DNA of 64,000 nucleotides from an uncultured Burkholderiaceae bacterium (GTDB lineage Bacteria; Pseudomonadota; Gammaproteobacteria; Burkholderiales; Burkholderiaceae): NCBI GenBank assembly GCA_937862905.1, contig CALMCL010000114.1, positions 5,821 to 69,820 of the forward strand, read 5' to 3'. Shown piece by piece: positions 58,965 to 64,000 of this stretch (position 1 is its first letter; each line of letters starts with the position of its first letter). The notes under the pieces were generated by a model. It saw only the letters and a program-made list of their open reading frames with translations, ran no database searches and was not told where the DNA came from. The position numbers and the translations under genes were made by a program.

Positions 58965-59363
58965 ATGAACATGAACGGTAACTACAACTACGGTACAGGT
59001 CGTCGTAAATCTGCGGTGGCTCGAGTATTTTTAAAAGCGGGTTCAGGCAAAATCGTTGTCAACGGTAAGCCAGCGAACGAATATTTTGCACGTGAAACAG
59101 GTTTGATGATCATTCGTCAACCTCTGGAATTGACGCAAACCACTGAAAAATTTGACATCATGGTCAATGTGTGTGGTGGTGGCGAATCAGGCCAAGCGGG
59201 TGCGGTGCGTCATGGCATCACACGTGCTTTGATCGATTACGATGCAAACTTGAAATCAGGCCTGTCACAAGCTGGCTTGGTGACACGTGATGCACGTGAA
59301 GTCGAACGTAAAAAAGTCGGTTTCCGCAAAGCACGTCGTCGCAAACAGTTCTCAAAACGTTAA
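58965..59363 (+). CDS. rpsI: 30S ribosomal protein S9
   Basis: [39 protein letters not shown]. Start 58965 or 58971. Confidence 0.98.
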   Translation: MNMNGNYNYGTGRRKSAVARVFLKAGSGKIVVNGKPANEYFARETGLMIIRQPLELTQTTEKFDIMVNVCGGGESGQAGAVRHGITRALIDYDANLKSGLSQAGLVTRDAREVERKKVGFRKARRRKQFSKR

Positions 59364-59385
59364 TCTCACGATTTCGTTTCGATGC

Positions 59386-59417
59386 AAAAAAAGACCGCTT
59401 TGGCGGTCTTTTTTTTT
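59386..59417 (+). terminator. Intrinsic terminator after rpsI
   Basis: AAAAAAAGACCGC-TTTG-GCGGTCTTTTTTTTT. Confidence 0.88.
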
Positions 59418-59524
59418 CAAATAAACAGACCCAATTAAGTTTTGTTGTCGCATCTTGTTTTTTGACTCAGATGCCAACAAAAAATTAGGTAAAATTCAGT
59501 TTTATCCTTGAATTCGAGCACATC

Positions 59525-60571
59525 ATGCAAAAAATTAAAATTGGTATCGTGGGTGGCACAGGTTACACTGGTGTTGAACTTTTGCGTCTATTGGCGCACC
59601 ATCCGCATGCGGAACTGCATGCAATCACATCACGCACCGAGGTGGACGTGCCTGTGGCTCAGATGTTCCCAAGCTTACGTGGTGCGGTTGATTTGAAATT
59701 TTCCGATCCGGCAAGTGGCATTTTAGACGCATGTGACGTGGTTTTTTTCGCGACACCACACGGCGTGGCCATGGCGCAGGCACCGGCTTTGTTGGCCAAA
59801 GGTATTCGCGTGATTGACCTTGGGGCGGATTTTCGTTTGCAGGACACGGCTGTTTTTGAAAAATGGTATAAATTGCCGCACAGTTGTGCGGATGTGCTCA
59901 AAGAGGCTGTGTACGGCTTGCCAGAGTTAAATCGCGAGGCTGTGCGTCAAGCGAAGTTGATCGGTAATCCAGGCTGTTACCCAACGACAATGCAATTGGG
60001 GTTTTATCCGTTGTTGAAAAATAATTTGGTTGATGCGGCGGCGTTGATTGCCGATTGCAAATCGGGTGTGTCGGGTGCAGGTCGTAAGGCTGAAGTTGCC
60101 ACCTTGTTCAGCGAGGCCTCCGATTCAATGAAGGCTTATGGTGTCAGTGGCCATCGTCACACACCCGAAACAGTTGAGCAATTGGGTAAAATGACGACGC
60201 AAAACGTTAATTTGATTTTCACGCCGCATTTGATTCCCATGATTCGCGGCATGCATTCCACCTTGTATGCCAAATTGCTGCCTGAAGCGCAAAACATGAG
60301 CAATGATGATTTGCAACAGTTGTTTGAAACGACTTATGCAAATGAGCCTTTTGTGGATGTCATGCCCTTCGGCAGTCACCCTGAAACGCGTTCAACCCGC
60401 GCATCAAATATGTTGCGCATGGCTTTGCATCGTCATGGTGATACGGTGATTGTTTTGGTTGTGCAAGACAATTTGGTCAAAGGTGCAGCGGGTCAAGCCG
60501 TGCAAAACATGAACGTCATGTTTGGTTTTGTCGAAACTGCCGGCATTGACATGTTGCCTGTGATGCCTTGA
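59525..60571 (+). CDS. argC: N-acetyl-gamma-glutamyl-phosphate reductase
   Basis: [45 protein letters not shown]. Confidence 0.97.
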   Translation: MQKIKIGIVGGTGYTGVELLRLLAHHPHAELHAITSRTEVDVPVAQMFPSLRGAVDLKFSDPASGILDACDVVFFATPHGVAMAQAPALLAKGIRVIDLGADFRLQDTAVFEKWYKLPHSCADVLKEAVYGLPELNREAVRQAKLIGNPGCYPTTMQLGFYPLLKNNLVDAAALIADCKSGVSGAGRKAEVATLFSEASDSMKAYGVSGHRHTPETVEQLGKMTTQNVNLIFTPHLIPMIRGMHSTLYAKLLPEAQNMSNDDLQQLFETTYANEPFVDVMPFGSHPETRSTRASNMLRMALHRHGDTVIVLVVQDNLVKGAAGQAVQNMNVMFGFVETAGIDMLPVMP

Positions 60572-60641
60572 TTTTTCAGTTATAATGAATTCAAATAGTT
60601 AATGCCGCTCGTTGATCGAGCTTAGTTTTGGAGAATACACC

Positions 60642-60992
60642 ATGAATGCACCCGTAGAGCAAGCCAGCCCGTTCGTTTTCACTGACAGTGCGGCCGATAA
60701 GGTTAAAGATTTAATTGCTGAAGAAGGTAACCCTGATTTGAAATTGCGCGTGTTTGTGCAAGGTGGTGGTTGTTCTGGTTTTCAGTATGGTTTCACGTTT
60801 GATGAAATCGTGAATGAAGATGACACCGCCATCAATAAAAGCGGTGTGACTTTATTGGTCGATTCGATGAGCTATCAATACTTGGTGGGTGCTGAAATTG
60901 ACTACAAAGAAGATTTGGAAGGCGCGCAATTTGTGATCAAAAATCCAAATGCATCAACAACGTGCGGTTGTGGCTCATCGTTTTCGGTGTGA
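60642..60992 (+). CDS. erpA: Iron-sulfur cluster insertion protein ErpA
   Basis: [31 protein letters not shown]; follows argC; RBS GGAG. Confidence 0.93.
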   Translation: MNAPVEQASPFVFTDSAADKVKDLIAEEGNPDLKLRVFVQGGGCSGFQYGFTFDEIVNEDDTAINKSGVTLLVDSMSYQYLVGAEIDYKEDLEGAQFVIKNPNASTTCGCGSSFSV

Positions 60993-61022
60993 TGCATCCC
61001 ACTCGTTTCATTTCGAAGTTAT

Positions 61023-61054
61023 AAAAAAACGCAACTTTTAAGTTGCGTTTTTTT
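61023..61054. terminator. Bidirectional terminator between erpA and the aldo/keto reductase
   Basis: AAAAAAACGCAACT-TTTA-AGTTGCGTTTTTTT. Confidence 0.85.
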
Positions 61055-61059
61055 ATTTG

Positions 61060-62124
61060 TTATTGTGCAGGATCGCGATATTCCCAGCGGATTGCATCAA
61101 TTTCTTGTAATACGGCTTCTGATAGCGTCACATCCAGCGCATCAATGCATTCATCAAGTTGAGCGATTGAGGTCACGCCGATGATTGTGCTGGCGACTTG
61201 CCATTTTTGATAGCAAAAAGCCAAAGCCAGTTCAGTGGGCGTGAGGCCATTGTCGCGGGCGAGTTGATTGTAGCGGCGTGCGGCATTGAGGGACTCGGGA
61301 CGTCCCCAACGTTGCGCGCGCATAGAGGCAAATTTGGTCATGCGGCCTTCGGCGGGTGCGCCGTCACCGATCAATCCCGAGGCGTCGTATTTGCCCGTGA
61401 GGAGGCCAAATGCCAAGGGTGAGTAGGGTAATAAGGACACGCCCAAGTGGTGCATGGTCTCGTCCAAGCCATTTTCAACGGTTCGGTTGATGAGGCAATA
61501 GGGGTTTTGCACCGTGGCGACGCGTGGTAAGTCGTATTCTTCGGCGAGGCGTACGAACTCATGCACGCCGTAAGGCGTTTCATTGGATAAACCGATGGCC
61601 TTGATTTTCCCTGCTTTGACCAGTTGCGCGAGGGCTTCGAGTTGGGCATGCATTGAGGTGTGCGTTGCCTCGTGATCGGGTTTGAAATAAATGCCGCCAA
61701 ATGCAGGCACGCTGCGGGTTGGCCAGTGGATTTGATATAAGTCAATCACATCGGTTTGCAGTCGTTGCAGGCTGCCATCGCACGCCGCAATGATGTCTGC
61801 GCCTGTCAAATCACCACTGCCACCGCGAATCCACGGCATGCCACGAGAAGGCCCTGCGACTTTGCTGGCAACAACCCATTGCTCGCGTGCGCCTTTGTTG
61901 GCGGCAAAATAGTTGCCGATGATCTGTTCAGTGGCGTTGAATGTGGCGGCCTTGGGTGGCACCGCGTACATTTCGGCGGTATCCAGAAAGTTGATGCCGC
62001 GTTCGAGCGCATGCTGCAAAATAGCGTGTGCATCGCTTTCGTTGACCTGTTCGCCAAAAGTCATGGTGCCTAAACAAATGGGGGTGACATGCAAATCGCT
62101 GTGACCGAGTTGGACTTTTTTCAT
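61060..62124 (-). CDS. Aldo/keto reductase (Tas-like)
   Basis: ICLGTMTFGEQ, DTAEMY, SLQRLQTDVIDLYQIHWP, GLSNETPYG, YSPLAFGLLTGKY. Confidence 0.93.
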   Translation of the reverse strand: MKKVQLGHSDLHVTPICLGTMTFGEQVNESDAHAILQHALERGINFLDTAEMYAVPPKAATFNATEQIIGNYFAANKGAREQWVVASKVAGPSRGMPWIRGGSGDLTGADIIAACDGSLQRLQTDVIDLYQIHWPTRSVPAFGGIYFKPDHEATHTSMHAQLEALAQLVKAGKIKAIGLSNETPYGVHEFVRLAEEYDLPRVATVQNPYCLINRTVENGLDETMHHLGVSLLPYSPLAFGLLTGKYDASGLIGDGAPAEGRMTKFASMRAQRWGRPESLNAARRYNQLARDNGLTPTELALAFCYQKWQVASTIIGVTSIAQLDECIDALDVTLSEAVLQEIDAIRWEYRDPAQ

Positions 62125-62178
62125 GGTGGCGGGCTTTCAGTGATAGAATTTAAGTTTGATTTAAATGAAAGATAAACT

Positions 62179-62799
62179 ATGTTCACAGGGATTATAGCAT
62201 CGGTGGGGCGAATCGTTTCAATGCAAGCTTTGGCGCAAAGCGACTGCGCTGGCGTGCGGTTGGTGGTCGATGCGGGGCATCTGGATTTGTCGGATGTGGG
62301 GCTGGGTGATTCGATTGCGATCAATGGCGCCTGTATGACGGCGGTGGATGTGGATGTGGCGAACAATGTGTTTGCTGTGGATGTGTCCAATGAAAGTTTG
62401 TCGAAAACCACGGGTTTGAACGCGGTGGGGGCGGTGAATTTAGAAAAAGCCATGCGCTTGTCTGACCGTCTTGGTGGTCATTTGGTCAGCGGGCATGTGG
62501 ATGATGTGGCGCGCATTGTGTCTTTTCAGCCTGTGGGGGAGTCGCATGAGTTGGTGGTGGCGGCATCGTTGAAATGGCAACGCTTTTTGGCGGACAAAGG
62601 TTCAATCACCTTGCATGGTGTCAGTTTGACGGTGAATCGTAAATGGGTGGAAGGCGATGAAGTGTATGTGACCATCAATTTGATCCCACACACCATCGCT
62701 CATACGGTATTCCAACACCTTAAAGCAGGTGATTTGATTAATTTGGAAATTGATTTGTTGGCGCGTTACATTGCTCAGCTGATGCCAAACGCTGAGTGA
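62179..62799 (+). CDS. ribC: Riboflavin synthase (alpha chain)
   Basis: MFTGII, GDSIAINGACMT, VNLEKAM, GGHLVSGHVD, KGSITLHGVSLTVN, LIPHT. Confidence 0.96.
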   Translation: MFTGIIASVGRIVSMQALAQSDCAGVRLVVDAGHLDLSDVGLGDSIAINGACMTAVDVDVANNVFAVDVSNESLSKTTGLNAVGAVNLEKAMRLSDRLGGHLVSGHVDDVARIVSFQPVGESHELVVAASLKWQRFLADKGSITLHGVSLTVNRKWVEGDEVYVTINLIPHTIAHTVFQHLKAGDLINLEIDLLARYIAQLMPNAE

Positions 62800-62827
62800 G
62801 TCATGCGACTCTGCTGTTACAAAAGCC

Positions 62828-62861
62828 AAAAGCCCTTTCATGTCATTTGAAGGGCTTTTTT
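62828..62861. terminator. Terminator after riboflavin synthase
   Basis: AAAAGCCCTT...AAGGGCTTTTTT hairpin. Confidence 0.7.
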
Positions 62862-62952
62862 GGTTTTATGTGCTGGTGTGTATTGTGGTGTATTGATACG
62901 GTGCGGGTGGTTGGCGATTGATGATGCTGCTGTTGGGTGGGGCAAAGCGATG

Positions 62953-63318
62953 TTAGCGTTGCTTCAAAATCCATTCAACCAAGTATTTTGCTTCATCGCT
63001 TGTGATGTTTTTGTATTGAGCAGGCATTTTGGCTGAGCCAAAACTGCCTGAGCCGCCTTTGATGACTTTCTCGCTTAAGGTGTTGACGGCCTCTTTGTCA
63101 CCTTTGTAGCGGTTGGCGATGTCGAGCCATAATGGTGCGCGCACCTCGGCATCGTTGGTGTGGCAGGCCAAGCAGTGTTTTTGCTCAATAAAAGCAGGTG
63201 CAGGCGGCAATGGCAGTGTGGGTTTGGCGGGTGCGTCCTGGTTGCATGCGCTTAGGCTTGCGCACAGGCATGCACCCAACGTAAAGCGAATGAGTGATTG
63301 GGGCGAGTGATTAAACAT
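62953..63318 (-). CDS. Class I cytochrome c (c551/c552-like) lipoprotein
   Basis: Lipobox LSAC, Pro-rich linker, CLACH, GGSGSFG..KMP axial Met. Confidence 0.88.
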   Translation of the reverse strand: MFNHSPQSLIRFTLGACLCASLSACNQDAPAKPTLPLPPAPAFIEQKHCLACHTNDAEVRAPLWLDIANRYKGDKEAVNTLSEKVIKGGSGSFGSAKMPAQYKNITSDEAKYLVEWILKQR

Positions 63319-63555
63319 TGGAGTCCTTCGGTTGAGCAGGGCGTATTGTATATGAAGGCAGGCTGCACAATCGGGTGACTTGCTGGGGTGATTGAAGCTT
63401 GAGGTGCATTCTTGAGTTTTTTTAAACCATCCAATTCAATGCTTTCCAGTGTTTTCCGATGTTTTAATGCACGTGAATCCAAGGTCATGTGGGCCTGTGC
63501 TTGAAGGGGCACGTGTTTGCATCGACAGCTTGTCATCCCCACGCGCTGAAGGCCG

Positions 63556-63987
63556 TTATTTTAGGGTCAACACCCATTGCGCCAAATACTTGGCCTCTTC
63601 GGGGGTTAAGTTGGAGGTTTGTGGAGGCATGACAACGGCACCAAATGTGCCCGAACCGCCATTTAATATCCGAGTGGTGAGCGTATTGACTGCATTTTTA
63701 TCATTTCTATACCGTTCTGACACGCTGATCCACGATGGTCCCACCATTTTGCTGGTGATGGAGTGGCAAACGACGCAGTTTTTTTGCTGCGCCAGTGCGA
63801 ATGGTGCGGGTAAAGAAGCGGTTGCTGGGGTGTTGATTGTTGGGTTGTTTTCTGTGGTGGTGGGGGCGATCGGTGTTGGCGTGGCGGTTGCCGCTGCGGG
63901 AGTTGAGGTTTTGGGTGGCGTGGTGTGGTTGTCACTGCAAGCGACTAAATTGGCGCACAGCAACGCACTGATCAGCCACGATTGCAT
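63556..63987 (-). CDS. Class I cytochrome c (c551/c552-like) lipoprotein, paralog with long Thr/Pro/Ala linker
   Basis: Lipobox LVAC, CVVCH, VGPSW, GGSGTFGAVVMPPQ. The frame is open to the window edge, so the start could lie further upstream. Confidence 0.88.
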   Translation of the reverse strand: MQSWLISALLCANLVACSDNHTTPPKTSTPAAATATPTPIAPTTTENNPTINTPATASLPAPFALAQQKNCVVCHSITSKMVGPSWISVSERYRNDKNAVNTLTTRILNGGSGTFGAVVMPPQTSNLTPEEAKYLAQWVLTLK

Positions 63988-64000
63988 GTTGAGGGGGAGA

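Noticed and set aside
9354-62073. Numerous 60-240-aa ORFs overlapping housekeeping genes on the opposite strand or in other frames
   Set aside because: Fully nested in well-supported CDSs, with atypical composition and no motifs; treated as shadow ORFs.

Overview
Chromosomal window from a betaproteobacterium, probably Burkholderiales. This is inferred from gene content and order: the maf-yceD/rpmF-plsX cluster, osmC-like/rplM-rpsI, argC-erpA, DUF3563, and an H1-like protein ending in WPFP. Bases 1-9070 are a visibly AT-richer accessory block encoding the 3' half of a Vi-antigen-type capsule locus: tviE (truncated by the window edge), vexABCDE and a PL1-fold lyase that fits VexL. The rest is mostly housekeeping: plsX, rpmF, metE/metR, purN, dnaE, msbA, ftsH, rlmE, gdhA, rpiA, mutL, rppH, proS, tRNA-Arg(CCG), rplM/rpsI, argC, erpA and riboflavin synthase. 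Features missing from the ORF track: (1) two small RNA candidates with promoters, CU-rich anti-Shine-Dalgarno seeds and terminators (about 16595-16695 and 58203-58293); (2) a SemiSWEET gene broken by a 1-nt frameshift; (3) a metE-metR cassette splitting yceD-rpmF, flanked by a 13-bp direct repeat; (4) integrase arm-site-like repeats behind tRNA-Arg with no integrase; (5) 10-bp-phased repeats next to a two-component system; (6) two tandem pairs of predicted membrane-tethered haem proteins (cytochrome b562-like and class I cytochrome c). No CRISPR array, rRNA, intact transposase or integrase was seen. All family assignments come from motif recognition by eye; no database search was run.
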